NCBI GenBank assembly: GCA_965217865.1
Contig: CBDCJO010000002.1
Coordinates: 2,080,001-2,144,000 of the forward strand
Reading direction: 5' to 3'
Origin: Candidatus Latescibacterota bacterium
Lineage (GTDB): Bacteria; Latescibacterota; UBA2968; SICM01
DNA: 64,000 nucleotides
Part shown: positions 17,752-27,925 of the stretch, one piece after another
Layout of the letters: the number at the start of each line of letters is the position of its first letter
Position numbering within the stretch: the stretch's first letter is position 1
The notes under the pieces: generated by a model
Told to the model about the DNA's origin: nothing
The model's database searches: none
What the model saw: the letters and a program-made list of their open reading frames with translations, nothing else
Made by a program: the position numbers and the translations under genes

Positions 17752-19110
17752 GTGGCTTCGAGAACAGAGGTTTCAAATCGAATGAAGAAGGATAAAATCG
17801 AATTTATCCTCACCCAGTTTGTCGATATCTATGGGGCCTCAAAGGTCAAAATGGTCCCCGTTGCCAGCTTCGACGACGTCATCGACGAAGGTGCGGGTTT
17901 TGCCGGGGCTGCGGTCTGGGGATTGGGACAGGGGCCGCATTCACACGACATGATGGCCCGAATCGACCTGGACTCTTACACCCCTCTGTTCTGGAAACCG
18001 GGTGTCGCCCGATTTGCAGCGGATCTCTACGTGGACGACGAGCCACACCCGTACTGTTCCCGCTTGAATCTCAAACGGGTGCTGAAGGACGTGCGGAAAA
18101 AAGGCTATATCTTCAATGTTGGAATAGAGCCGGAGCACTTCCTTATCAATGTAAACGGGGATGGATCGATCTCACCCTGGGACCCTCATAAAGTCGACTC
18201 ACTCGACAAACCCTGTTATGACTACAAGGGAATCTCCCCGACCATGGATTACCTGATGGAAATCACTTCCGGGCTGAACAAGCTCGGTTGGGGGGTCTAC
18301 CAGACGGATCACGAGGATGCAAACGGGCAGTACGAAGTCAATTTCGATTATGCCGATGCCCTGACTACCGCTGACCGGCATATCTTCTTCAAGATGATGA
18401 GCAGCCAGCTTGCACAAAAATACGGCGCAATCGCAACGTTTATGCCGAAGCCGTTCTCCGATCGAACCGGCAGTGGGGCGCATCTTCACTATCACCTCGC
18501 AGATGCCAAAACAAAAAAGAACCGCTTTTTGGATCCCAAAGACCGCCGCGGCCTGGGTCTCTCAAAATTCGCTTACCATTTCCTGGGAGGTATCCTCCAT
18601 CACGCCCCGGCCCTTTGTTGCGTCACCTCCCCCACCGTCAACTGTTACAAACGCCTTCAGGTAGCGGACGCCCTCCTCGGATCCAGATCAGGATTCCTTT
18701 GGACACCTGCCTTCATCACCTACGGAGACAATAACCGAACACAGATGATCCGGGTCGCTGGGCCCGGCCATTGCGAAGACCGGACCGTCTCATCCGCTAC
18801 CAATTCATACCTGGCCATGGCGGCCTACATTTCCGCCGGCCTTGACGGTGTGGAGCGAAAACTCGAGCCCGGTGAACCGAATCTCGGCAACCTCTACGAG
18901 CTTGGGTTGAAGGACCTGAGACGACGGAAGATCCGACTTCTGCCGCAGGACTTGGGTGAGGCTCTCCTGGCCTTCGAGAAGGACGAGGTGATTATGAAAT
19001 CGTTGGGCAGCATCTGTCAGGAGTTTATTAATCTTAAGTGGGCCGAATGGAAACAGTTTCACGGCCAGGTATCGCAATGGGAAATCGACCGGTTTCTCAC
19101 TTTTTTCTAG
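17752..19110 (+). CDS. gmaS: Gamma-glutamylmethylamide synthetase (glutamate-methylamine ligase, GlnT-like glutamine synthetase family)
   Basis: GAGFAGAA, GIEPEHF, DHEDANGQYEVNF, TFMPKPF and YGDNNRT motifs, and it sits next to mgsABC. GTG start has an AAGGAG RBS. Confidence 0.8.
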   Translation: MASRTEVSNRMKKDKIEFILTQFVDIYGASKVKMVPVASFDDVIDEGAGFAGAAVWGLGQGPHSHDMMARIDLDSYTPLFWKPGVARFAADLYVDDEPHPYCSRLNLKRVLKDVRKKGYIFNVGIEPEHFLINVNGDGSISPWDPHKVDSLDKPCYDYKGISPTMDYLMEITSGLNKLGWGVYQTDHEDANGQYEVNFDYADALTTADRHIFFKMMSSQLAQKYGAIATFMPKPFSDRTGSGAHLHYHLADAKTKKNRFLDPKDRRGLGLSKFAYHFLGGILHHAPALCCVTSPTVNCYKRLQVADALLGSRSGFLWTPAFITYGDNNRTQMIRVAGPGHCEDRTVSSATNSYLAMAAYISAGLDGVERKLEPGEPNLGNLYELGLKDLRRRKIRLLPQDLGEALLAFEKDEVIMKSLGSICQEFINLKWAEWKQFHGQVSQWEIDRFLTFF

Positions 19111-19123
19111 TGATATGGAATCC

Positions 19124-19158
19124 TTTCCAATTTACATTTTGCATTTTGCATTTTCCTC
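19124..19158. repeat. Degenerate 7-nt tandem repeat (TTTGCAT)
   Basis: tttccaa tttacat tttgcat tttgcat tttcctc. Confidence 0.65.
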
Positions 19159-19160
19159 TT

Positions 19161-19430
19161 ATGTCCTTCCTTCTGGAATGTCCCAACTGCGGCGAGCGTA
19201 ATGTGACAGAGTTTGGTTTCGGTGGAGAGACCCAAATGCGTCCGGGAACCGAAGTGTCTTTCACCGAATGGACCGACTATCTCTATTCCCGAAAGAATGA
19301 GGCGGGTCCCCAGCAGGAGTGGTGGTACCACCGGTTGGGTTGCCGAAAGTGGTTCATCGCGATTCGTGACACCATCACGAACGAAGTTCATAAAACCTGC
19401 TGGTTTGGAGACCCGTCTTTGGAGGCATGA
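19161..19430 (+). CDS. mgdB: N-methylglutamate dehydrogenase/sarcosine oxidase delta-like subunit
   Basis: CPNCGERxxxEF...EWWYHxxGCRKWF...RDTxTNE zinc motif of SoxD. Confidence 0.8.
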   Translation: MSFLLECPNCGERNVTEFGFGGETQMRPGTEVSFTEWTDYLYSRKNEAGPQQEWWYHRLGCRKWFIAIRDTITNEVHKTCWFGDPSLEA

Positions 19431-20362
19431 TGTGTGGAGTTGTCGGATATATGTGTAAGTCCGGCCGGCCTGAGAAACCGTTGGGCAATGTAATCCTCTC
19501 AATGCTGGGGGCCCTGGCCTGCCGGGGGCCGGATTCTGCGGGCGTGGCAGTGTACAGAGATCCTCCGGAGGGAGGCCTTGTCCTGTGGATCAAATTGGGA
19601 GACCACGGACAATTCCAGGACCAGGCGGACCTGATCTTAAACATCGTCGAACCTCTGGGAAAGGTGGGCACCGCGTCCGTCATCACGAACTACCTTCGTC
19701 TTGTTATCGATTACGAAGGGGATCTGAATCTCTTGCAGGGGAATATCGAGGCATCCCACCCGAACGTAGAGGTGATCAGCGCTGGGGAAAGGCTCGAAGT
19801 CGTCAAGCAGGTGGGGTCCCCAGATGAACTCGATCGGGCTTATGGTATTTCCGCTGTCTCCGGGACACACGGCATCGGACATACCCGACTCTCTACCGAG
19901 AGCCAGGTGGACTTAAGCCATTCTCAACCCTTCTGGGCACACGGGACCCTGGACCTGGCCACTGCCCACAACGGACACATCACGAACTATCACAAGATGC
20001 GCCGCAGGTACGAAATGAAAGGCCGTCGATTCTATACCGAGAACGACTCTGAAATCATCGGCATCTATCTGGCCGAACGGATGGAAATGGGGGACGACTT
20101 GGAGGCCGCGCTTTGGGCCTCGATCGAGGACTTCGACGGTTCATTCAGTTATCTGGTTGCCACGGCCGACGCCATAGGTTTTGCAAAGGATCGCTTCGGG
20201 CTTAAGCCTCTGATCGTATCCGAGACCGACGGGTTTGTCGGCGTCGCCACCGAGGAGATTTCTCTGCGGCGGACATTCGGATTCGGATTCGAAGCCGTCG
20301 AACCCCATCCGAAAACCGTCCGTGTCTGGAAACGCAATTCAAGAACCGCCCGGGCGGCGTGA
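19427..20362 (+). CDS. mgsA: N-methylglutamate synthase subunit A (class II glutamine amidotransferase, GlxB-like)
   Basis: N-terminal MCG, RGPDSAG, GIGHTRLSTES, HNGHITNY and TENDSE motifs. Confidence 0.8.
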   Translation: MMCGVVGYMCKSGRPEKPLGNVILSMLGALACRGPDSAGVAVYRDPPEGGLVLWIKLGDHGQFQDQADLILNIVEPLGKVGTASVITNYLRLVIDYEGDLNLLQGNIEASHPNVEVISAGERLEVVKQVGSPDELDRAYGISAVSGTHGIGHTRLSTESQVDLSHSQPFWAHGTLDLATAHNGHITNYHKMRRRYEMKGRRFYTENDSEIIGIYLAERMEMGDDLEAALWASIEDFDGSFSYLVATADAIGFAKDRFGLKPLIVSETDGFVGVATEEISLRRTFGFGFEAVEPHPKTVRVWKRNSRTARAA

Positions 20363-20386
20363 GAGTTCCTGGCAGAGAGGTGAGTT

Positions 20387-21076
20387 TTGATCGATATTGA
20401 CTGTGAAGGCAGAACGACCCGCCAGATCAATCGGGAGATAGCGCGGCATATCGAGGGGGGGAAAAGCGAGATCCTCGTCAAAAACCCGGGGGCCCGTCAC
20501 AACCTGGCGGTTGCCATCCTGAAAACGGCTCGCATAGAGTTTGAGGGGAGTGTCGGGTATTACTGCGGCGGACTGGGGGACGGGCCCCATATCCGGATTA
20601 ACGGGAGCGCGGGATGGGGTCTGGCCGAATGCAGCATGTCAGGCACCGTCGTCGTCGATAAAAACGCCGGAAACGGCGCCGCCGCTTCGATTCGTGGGGG
20701 AACTGTCGTCATTCGGGGAGATGCGGCCGCAAGGGCCGGGATTGCGATGAAAGGCGGGACCGTGATTATCGGAGGAAACACCGGATACATGACGGGATTC
20801 ATGATGCAAAAGGGAACCATCATTGTCTGCGGAGATGCTGGAGAAGCCCTGGGCGATTCGATGTATGAAGGTCGGATCTTCGTAGGAGGCAAGGTGGACG
20901 ATCTGGGCAATGATGCAGTGATTCAAGATCCCACCGAGGATGATCTAAAGGAGGTATCGGAATCGCTCTCCGAGTTCGACATCTCGATCCCCTCCGACCT
21001 GAAAAAAGTTGCGTCTGGACGACGACTCTGGACCTTTGATAAGAAGGAACTGGACCTGTGGAAGGAAGCCCTCTGA
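20387..21076 (+). CDS. mgsB: N-methylglutamate synthase subunit B (GXGXG beta-helix, GlxC-like)
   Basis: NPGARHNLAV, GSVGYYCGG, repeated GxAG units and GDSMYEG. Confidence 0.82.
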   Translation: MIDIDCEGRTTRQINREIARHIEGGKSEILVKNPGARHNLAVAILKTARIEFEGSVGYYCGGLGDGPHIRINGSAGWGLAECSMSGTVVVDKNAGNGAAASIRGGTVVIRGDAAARAGIAMKGGTVIIGGNTGYMTGFMMQKGTIIVCGDAGEALGDSMYEGRIFVGGKVDDLGNDAVIQDPTEDDLKEVSESLSEFDISIPSDLKKVASGRRLWTFDKKELDLWKEAL

Positions 21077-22410
21077 TCGGCAAAGTGCCGCGCCAGGGTT
21101 CGCACTGGACCCCAGAGATCATCGATGGCATCCAGGTCAAGGCCGACCTGGGTCGATATCGGATCAGGGGGTTCGGAATCCTCCGAAACCGTCCGATCCC
21201 CTCCCTGGACGACCTCACTTTCCTCCCCTGCACTTTGACACGTATTCCCCTGGAAGGTTATAGGGAAAAGTGTAACACCGCCACCGTCATCGGCACCCGA
21301 TTCGCGAATAAACCGATCCGTTTGGACATCCCGGTGATGATCACAGGGATGAGCTATGGGGCCCTTTCCTATAACGCCAAGGTGGCCCTCGGGCGGGGGG
21401 CGACCAAACTGGGCACATCCACCACGACGGGCGACGGGGGGATGCTTCCAGCCGAGAGGGAAAACTCTAAGATTCTAATTTACGAAGTCCTTCCGTCTCG
21501 TTACGGGATCAACGTCCATCACATCAAAGCCGCCGATGGGATCGAGTTGACCATTGGTCAGGGCGCCAAGCCGGGTACGGGCGGGCTTCTTCTGGGTTCA
21601 AAGGTATCGGACGAAATCGCCCAGATGCGAGACCTTCCAGAGGGTGTCGATCAACGGAGTCCCTGCAGGCACCCTGACTTCCTCGGACCGGATGATATGA
21701 TCCTCAAGATCGAGGAACTCAGGGAGGCCACAGACTGGCAGGTCCCGATTTTCGTCAAAATAGGTGCGTCTCGGGTCTTCGACGATGTGAAGCTTGCGGT
21801 CAAGGCCGGTGCGGACGCCGTTGTCATCGACGGCATGGAGGGTGGTACCGGGGCCTCACCCGAACTCTTGATGGACCATACCGGGGTTCCTACGCTGGCG
21901 GCCGTTTGCGAAGCACGGGCTGCGCTCGAGGATATAGGCCTCTACGGGGAGGTTCAGTTGATCATCTCGGGGGGCATCCGAAGCGGAACCGATGCGGCAA
22001 AGGCTATGGCCCTCGGGGCCGATGCCATCTATGTCGGCACAGCCGCCCTTATGGCCCTCAATTGCAACAAACCCCTCTACGTGGAGGATTACCACAAGAT
22101 CGGGGCGGAACCCTATGCCTGTCACCACTGTCACACAGGCATGTGCCCGGTTGGCATCACCACGCAGGATCCTGAGCTGATGAAGCGGCTTCCCATCGAT
22201 GAGGCCGCGGAGAGGGTCTCCAACTTCCTGCACGCAACGACCCAGGAAATTCAGATAATCGCTCGCGCTTGTGGTAAGTCGGATGTGCACGACCTGGAAC
22301 CCGAGGACATGCGGGCGCTCACCCTCGAATCCTCGATGATCACGGGCATCCCACTTGTCGGAACCACTAAGCCGTTCGGAGGTGGTCCAGGTTGGAGGCA
22401 GGCGGATTAA
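21058..22410 (+). CDS. mgsC: N-methylglutamate synthase subunit C (FMN-binding glutamate synthase family, GlxD-like)
   Basis: PLEGYREKC, GMSYGALS, GQGAKPGTGG, RSPCRHPD and CHHCHTGMCPVGITTQD motifs. Confidence 0.85.
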   Translation: MEGSPLIGKVPRQGSHWTPEIIDGIQVKADLGRYRIRGFGILRNRPIPSLDDLTFLPCTLTRIPLEGYREKCNTATVIGTRFANKPIRLDIPVMITGMSYGALSYNAKVALGRGATKLGTSTTTGDGGMLPAERENSKILIYEVLPSRYGINVHHIKAADGIELTIGQGAKPGTGGLLLGSKVSDEIAQMRDLPEGVDQRSPCRHPDFLGPDDMILKIEELREATDWQVPIFVKIGASRVFDDVKLAVKAGADAVVIDGMEGGTGASPELLMDHTGVPTLAAVCEARAALEDIGLYGEVQLIISGGIRSGTDAAKAMALGADAIYVGTAALMALNCNKPLYVEDYHKIGAEPYACHHCHTGMCPVGITTQDPELMKRLPIDEAAERVSNFLHATTQEIQIIARACGKSDVHDLEPEDMRALTLESSMITGIPLVGTTKPFGGGPGWRQAD

Positions 22411-22592
22411 GTTCATCAGATTGAAAGTGAGATTTGACTTCGGTTAAAAACCCCGTCCAAAATATGACATCCAGAGCGGTTACCTCGAAAGTCAGATCTG
22501 CCGCAATACGCCGTGCCGAAGGATTTTTGTTTTGGCAAGTTTGGTGTACGACGCAGACCCCTCGATGTGAATCTTAATTCCAGGTACGTCCC

Positions 22593-23897
22593 ATGGGAGC
22601 GATTGTCTGCAAATTCGGGGGCACATCGGTCGCCGACGCCGAACAGATTCGCAAGATCGAATCCATCGTTCGGGATAACCCGAAAAGACGATACATCATC
22701 GTGTCCGCACTCGGGAGCCGTGGTGATGGGGACCAGAAGATCACGGACCTCCTTCTGCTCTGCTACGAACTTGCCCACGCAGGCCTGGATGTCTCCGAGC
22801 CATTCCACATCATCATGGACCGACACCTCGAACTGGCAGAGGAACTGGGCGTGGACCTCGACGTTTCAAGGATGCTAGACGAGCTTCGAGAGCAGCTCGA
22901 ATGTCGGGATTCCAGGGACTTCGTTGCATCTCGGGGAGAGTTTCTCTCCGCCCAAATCATTGCATCCTACCTGGGGGGGACATTTATCGATCCGACGGAT
23001 GGAATCCTTTTCGGCCAGGATGGGAACCTTGATGAAAGGACCTACGACCGGTTCGCCGATATCCTTTCCGAAGATGCGCTTTATGTGATAGGAGGTTTTT
23101 ACGGGGCCAATACTGACGGCTCTGTCCGAACGTTTCCCAGGGGGGGATCTGATATCACGGGGGCCATCGTTGCCCGAGCGGTAAAGGCGGATATCTATGA
23201 AAACTGGACAGATGTGTCCGGGTTCCTCATGGCCGATCCCCGGATCGTTAAAAAGCCAAGGCCGATTCGGGAATTGACCTACAGGGAACTTCGGGAGCTG
23301 GCTTACCTGGGGGCCTCGGTCCTTCAGGATGAAGCGATTTTTCCGGTTCGTGAGCTCTGCATCCCGCTTCACATCCGAAACACCAACGCCCCTGAAGATC
23401 CCGGTACGATCGCCCTGTCCTCTCGCGATACATCAGGCACGAGCGTTGTCGGGATTGCGGGAAAGCAGGGTTTCAGTATGGTTTTCATCGAAAAAGCCCT
23501 GATGAACAAGGAGCACGGGTTCGGCCGGAAAGTGCTCGAGATCATCGAAACGCACGACATCAGCTACGAGCATTCCCCCACCGGAATCGATTCGATGTCC
23601 GTCATCATCGAAGACGAGGAGCTGGCTGGCAAAGGCGAAAGCCTCCTGAAAGACATCCGGCGTATCCTCGAGCCCGATCGGGCTGAGATCATCCACGGAC
23701 TGGCACTCATCGCGACCGTGGGGGAGGGGATGTCCCATCGGGTCGGCGTCGCCGCTTGCCTGTTTAATGCCCTGGCCAAGGCCAGGGTCAACGTTCGAAC
23801 GATCGACCAGGGATCCTCTGAGATCAATATCATCGTGGGCGTGGATACCAACGACTATGAGAATGCCGTCAGGGCGATCTATGAGGCGTTTGCATAA
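22593..23897 (+). CDS. lysC: Aspartate kinase (monofunctional, two ACT domains)
   Basis: KFGGTSVA, TFPRGGSDITG, ENWTDVSG, ELAYLGASVL and IDQGSSEINI motifs. Confidence 0.9.
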   Translation: MGAIVCKFGGTSVADAEQIRKIESIVRDNPKRRYIIVSALGSRGDGDQKITDLLLLCYELAHAGLDVSEPFHIIMDRHLELAEELGVDLDVSRMLDELREQLECRDSRDFVASRGEFLSAQIIASYLGGTFIDPTDGILFGQDGNLDERTYDRFADILSEDALYVIGGFYGANTDGSVRTFPRGGSDITGAIVARAVKADIYENWTDVSGFLMADPRIVKKPRPIRELTYRELRELAYLGASVLQDEAIFPVRELCIPLHIRNTNAPEDPGTIALSSRDTSGTSVVGIAGKQGFSMVFIEKALMNKEHGFGRKVLEIIETHDISYEHSPTGIDSMSVIIEDEELAGKGESLLKDIRRILEPDRAEIIHGLALIATVGEGMSHRVGVAACLFNALAKARVNVRTIDQGSSEINIIVGVDTNDYENAVRAIYEAFA

Positions 23898-23952
23898 GGT
23901 AGGATGTTCTTTTCAATTTCCTGAATTCCATGCCCCAAAACATTCCGTCTGA

Positions 23953-26856
23953 ATGGAAGAAAAATTAGTGGCTTCCCTCAACTCCGCTCGCCTTCACCCG
24001 CACCCCATCCAGCAGATCGACCGCAGAAAAACCCTCACCCTCCATTTCAACGGTCGGGACTTCGCCGCACATCCTGGAGATACCGTGGGCTCCGCCCTTT
24101 ACGCTGCGGGCCTGCGTACTTTCAGCCGTAGCTTCAAATACCATCGGCCTCGGGGACTCTTCTGTGTGTCTGGAGGCTGTCCCAACTGCTTGATGAACGT
24201 GGATGGGACACCCAACGTGCGGGTCTGCACCGAGCCGGTTCGGGATGGGATGTGGGTAAAACCACAGAACGCCTGGCCGTCCCTCGATTTCGACGCCTTG
24301 TCCGTCAACGACTGGTTGAGTCCTTTCCTTCCTGTTGGGTTCTACTATAAACGGTTTATTCGCCCACGTTTTATGTGGCCGGTCTATGAACACATCATCA
24401 GACACGCAGCTGGCCTTGGGGAGATCGATCGGTCGGACCCCAGACCGATCGGTGGATATGAATACGTCCATATGCACACCGACGTCGCGGTGGTCGGTGG
24501 GGGGCCAGCCGGCCTCTCCGCGGCCCTGGAGGTAGCCGGAGCCGGGGCAAAGGTAATCCTGATCGACGACGGATCTTCCCTCGGTGGGCACCTCCGATGG
24601 CGAGTGGGTTCCCACGAAACCGGGAAAAGCCTCTCGGACGAAGTCCGTCGGAACGAATCCATCACGGTGCTCCGAGGGGCCACCGCGTTCGGCCATTACG
24701 AAGACCTCCTGCTCGGCATCTCCCAGGGGCACCGCTCGATCAAGCTCCGGCCGCGACGTATCATCGTCGCCACAGGATCCATCCAGCAGCCGTTGATTTT
24801 CCACAATAACGACCTGCCGGGGGTCCTTCTCGGGGATGGGGTCCGAAGACTGATGCACCTTTACGGCGTCACACCGGGAAGAAAGGCCCTTGTGGTCTCC
24901 TCGAACGACGACGGTCCGGCCTTGAGCGAAGACCTTCTTAATGCGGGCGTACACGTCGAAGCCCTCATCGACAGCCGGCCGAACCTACCCGATTCCGAAG
25001 CCGTGGATCGCCTCAAGACAAGAGGGATCCGGATCATAACCGGTCATACGGTCCTCAAGGCGTTGGGAAGGAAACACGTCGTCGGAGCCGTTCTGACCCC
25101 CACCGTAGACGATTCCGAGGCGTCTCATCGAAAACTTGATTGCGACACGATCGCGCTTTCCGTGGGACACAATCCCTCCATCGCCTTGCTCCACCAGGGT
25201 GGATGCCGGATCGATAACGACCCCGACCTGGGCGTCATGGTCGCGAAGGACCTTCCCCCCCACACATTCGCCTCGGGGGAAATCAACGGACTGAAGGATC
25301 TGCCTGCGATCCAGCTCGACGGAAGGTTCGCCGGCCTCTCCGCTGCAATCAGCCTCGGTCTAGGCGATGCCGGCTTGAGAGAGACAGCCGAAGCCTGTCG
25401 TCGGGAATTGCAGAATCAAAAAGACGGAGGGGAATCTTGGAAAACCCAAATCATTGTCCCGGGGGGGCCTAAGAAGAAGTTCGTGTGCCTCTGTGAGGAC
25501 CTCACCGAGAACGATCTCTGTCGGGCGATCCAAGAGGGATTCGACAACGTCGAGACGCTGAAGCGATATGCAACCACGACCATGGGTCCATGCCAGGGAA
25601 GGGTCTGTTCGCTTGCATCGATCGCGATCACCACCCGTGAGACGGGCCGGACCTTACGGGAGACCGGGACGACCACATCAAGACCCCCTTTCACTCCCGT
25701 CTCCCTGGGCACGCTTGCGGGACCGATGCGCCAATTGGTCAGGCGGACCCCAATGCACCATCGACACGCGCAACTCAGCGCAAAGATCGTCGATCTCGGC
25801 GGTTGGGATAGACCGGAGCTCTACACCACCTCCGACCATGAGTACTGGGGAGTCCGCAGGGGAGTGGGCCTCATCGACGTAAGCACCCTTGGAAAGCTCG
25901 ACGTGCGTGGACCCGACGCGAGGGCATTGCTGGATCGCATCTACCTGAATCGCATGTCGAACCTGTCCCAGGGAAGGGTCCGCTACGGGGTGGTGTGCGG
26001 AGACGACGGCATCATCATGGACGACGGCACCGTGACGCGCCTCGGGAGGGAAAGGTTCTTCATAACGACCACAACGGGGAATATCGAATTCATGGAGCAG
26101 TGGTTCACCTGGTGGGCGACCACGTGGAAGATGTCCGTTTCGGTTACGAACATCACATCCTCGTATGCCGCCCTTAACGTGGCCGGTCCGAGGGCCAGGG
26201 ACCTCCTGACGAAGCTGACGGACCTCGATCTATCGCGAGAATCTCTCCCTTACATGGCTTCGGTACGCGGCCGGGTGGCCGGCGTCCAGGCGAACATCCT
26301 ACGTATCGGGTTCGTCGGGGAGTTGGGATATGAAATCCACTACCCTTCCGAGTACGGAGAGTATCTCTGGGACGCCTTCATGGAGGAGGGTACCCCGTTT
26401 GGCATCGTCCCGTTTGGAGTGGAAACCCAGCGCATCCTGAGGCTCGAAAAAAGGCACATCCTGGTCGGGCAGGACACGGACGCCCTCTCCAACCCGCTGG
26501 AAGCCGACCTCGGCTGGATGGTCAACTTTAACAAACCCGATTTTATCGGAAAAAGATCCCTCCTTGAAATCCGAAATCACGATCTAAAAAATCGCCTTGT
26601 CGGATTCGTGGTTCAAGACCGGACGACGATCCCTGAGGAGGGATGTCAAATCGTCTCTGAGGGAGCCTCAGTCGGCAGGGTCACAAGCTCTCGACACAGC
26701 CCTCACCTGGACCGGGGAATCGGCCTGGCCTGGGTCCCGGCGGAAACATCCGCCGATGGATCTATCGTTCAAATCCGGGTTCAGGAACGCGATGTAGCTG
26801 CCCGCGTCACGGGACGCGCGTTCTACGATCCGGATGGGGTCAGGTTGCGGATGTGA
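23953..26856 (+). CDS. mgdC: N-methylglutamate dehydrogenase/sarcosine oxidase alpha-like subunit
   Basis: SRSFKYHRPRG, GFYYKRF, VVGGGPAGL, KRYATTTMGPCQG, DVSTLGK and a GcvT-like C-terminus ending FYDPDGVRLR. Confidence 0.85.
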   Translation: MEEKLVASLNSARLHPHPIQQIDRRKTLTLHFNGRDFAAHPGDTVGSALYAAGLRTFSRSFKYHRPRGLFCVSGGCPNCLMNVDGTPNVRVCTEPVRDGMWVKPQNAWPSLDFDALSVNDWLSPFLPVGFYYKRFIRPRFMWPVYEHIIRHAAGLGEIDRSDPRPIGGYEYVHMHTDVAVVGGGPAGLSAALEVAGAGAKVILIDDGSSLGGHLRWRVGSHETGKSLSDEVRRNESITVLRGATAFGHYEDLLLGISQGHRSIKLRPRRIIVATGSIQQPLIFHNNDLPGVLLGDGVRRLMHLYGVTPGRKALVVSSNDDGPALSEDLLNAGVHVEALIDSRPNLPDSEAVDRLKTRGIRIITGHTVLKALGRKHVVGAVLTPTVDDSEASHRKLDCDTIALSVGHNPSIALLHQGGCRIDNDPDLGVMVAKDLPPHTFASGEINGLKDLPAIQLDGRFAGLSAAISLGLGDAGLRETAEACRRELQNQKDGGESWKTQIIVPGGPKKKFVCLCEDLTENDLCRAIQEGFDNVETLKRYATTTMGPCQGRVCSLASIAITTRETGRTLRETGTTTSRPPFTPVSLGTLAGPMRQLVRRTPMHHRHAQLSAKIVDLGGWDRPELYTTSDHEYWGVRRGVGLIDVSTLGKLDVRGPDARALLDRIYLNRMSNLSQGRVRYGVVCGDDGIIMDDGTVTRLGRERFFITTTTGNIEFMEQWFTWWATTWKMSVSVTNITSSYAALNVAGPRARDLLTKLTDLDLSRESLPYMASVRGRVAGVQANILRIGFVGELGYEIHYPSEYGEYLWDAFMEEGTPFGIVPFGVETQRILRLEKRHILVGQDTDALSNPLEADLGWMVNFNKPDFIGKRSLLEIRNHDLKNRLVGFVVQDRTTIPEEGCQIVSEGASVGRVTSSRHSPHLDRGIGLAWVPAETSADGSIVQIRVQERDVAARVTGRAFYDPDGVRLRM

Positions 26857-26901
26857 GGGAGAGCGTGTCTTGCAAAGCGTGAATATGAAGAGGAAACCGT
26901 A

Positions 26902-27594
26902 TTGAACAGAAAATCCGTTCGGACATCCGCCCTCCACCACATTCACCTTAAGGGAGCGACCCGGATGTCCAATCTTTCCGGCTGGCAGATACCCGAGGTT
27001 TATGGCTCGGTTGATCGAGAGAGGGCCGCGGTTAACATAAAGGTGGGGATCTGCGACTCGAGTCCCCTCGGTAAGGTCGATGTGAAAGGCCCGGATGCAT
27101 TCAACTTTCTTCAGGAAGCATACGAAGGCATACCGGAGACCATCGGCCTATTGGGTCGGGTCTCGGGAGGATCCGGGTACGAAATCCTCTGTTCGCGTTT
27201 GGCCGGAGACCACTTCTCTCTGATCACGGACCCTTCTGATCGCCGAACCGCCCTGAAGGAACTGAACGCCAATCGGAAGGGTTGGAAGGGGGAATTGTAC
27301 GTAATCGATATGACCTCCGCCTATACGTCCATCACCCTGGCCGGACCCCGCACGATGGATCTGCTCTCCAAGCTCACGACATTGGACCTTTCCACGTTAT
27401 CGGAGTGGACCTGCGTCCAGGCAGGCCTGGCAGGGGTTTATGCCCGGCTGACAAACATCGGAAAGGCCTGCCACGTTTTCGTCCCCTATGAATACGGAGA
27501 GTACGTGTGGGAATCCATGGTCGAAGCGGGAAATGAATTCGACCTCACGCCCTTCGGATTAGAGACCTGGAAAACCCTCGAAAAGAAAAAATAG
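26902..27594 (+). CDS. mgdD: N-methylglutamate dehydrogenase/sarcosine oxidase gamma-like (GcvT-fold) subunit
   Basis: DSSPLGKVDVKG, DMTSAY...LAGP...LLSKL and YGEYVWE motifs, and it follows the alpha subunit. Confidence 0.7.
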   Translation: MNRKSVRTSALHHIHLKGATRMSNLSGWQIPEVYGSVDRERAAVNIKVGICDSSPLGKVDVKGPDAFNFLQEAYEGIPETIGLLGRVSGGSGYEILCSRLAGDHFSLITDPSDRRTALKELNANRKGWKGELYVIDMTSAYTSITLAGPRTMDLLSKLTTLDLSTLSEWTCVQAGLAGVYARLTNIGKACHVFVPYEYGEYVWESMVEAGNEFDLTPFGLETWKTLEKKK

Positions 27595-27690
27595 GCTCTC
27601 CGATATAGCGAACACTGTCTTCGCGATTGACACCTGGGCGTTCGAGCTAACCGAGAAGCCGAGACTAAAGTCAAGGCCTTCTCTCAGTTG

Positions 27691-27770
27691 CCAACGGCGC
27701 GTTGTCCCTCAACCCAGGGAAGCGCCCTGGGTCGTGAAATATAGTAGCGACGTGCGGCCTGAAAGGCCGC
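27691..27770. repeat. REP-like palindromic element (two GC-rich hairpins)
   Basis: ACCCAGGG-AAGCG-CCCTGGGT (27712-27732) and GCGGCCT-GAA-AGGCCGC (27754-27770), preceded by CCAACGGCG. Confidence 0.5.
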
Positions 27771-27826
27771 GATAATTTTACATCACCTCACAGGACCTCG
27801 CTTTCCACCAAAAACTAAGAAGATTC

Positions 27827-27859
27827 AAAAAAAGAGGGGATCCCTAAAGATCCCCTCTT
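27827..27859 (-). terminator. Intrinsic terminator downstream of mgdA
   Basis: 11-bp stem AAGAGGGGATC/GATCCCCTCTT with an A-run on the left, which is a U-tract on the minus strand. Confidence 0.75.
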
Positions 27860-27900
27860 GCCGTCCTGCCTTTCACCAATCCCACTCCCCACTCACTTTT

Positions 27901-27925
27901 TTTCCGTTTGCCGTTTCGCGTTTCA
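27901..27925. repeat. 7-nt tandem repeat (TTNCCGT-like), near-copy at 63870
   Basis: tttccgt ttgccgt ttcgcgt ttca. Confidence 0.55.

Noticed and set aside
22410-22593. Lysine riboswitch upstream of lysC
   Set aside because: I could not find the conserved AGAGGNGC start or a five-way junction, only one inverted repeat.
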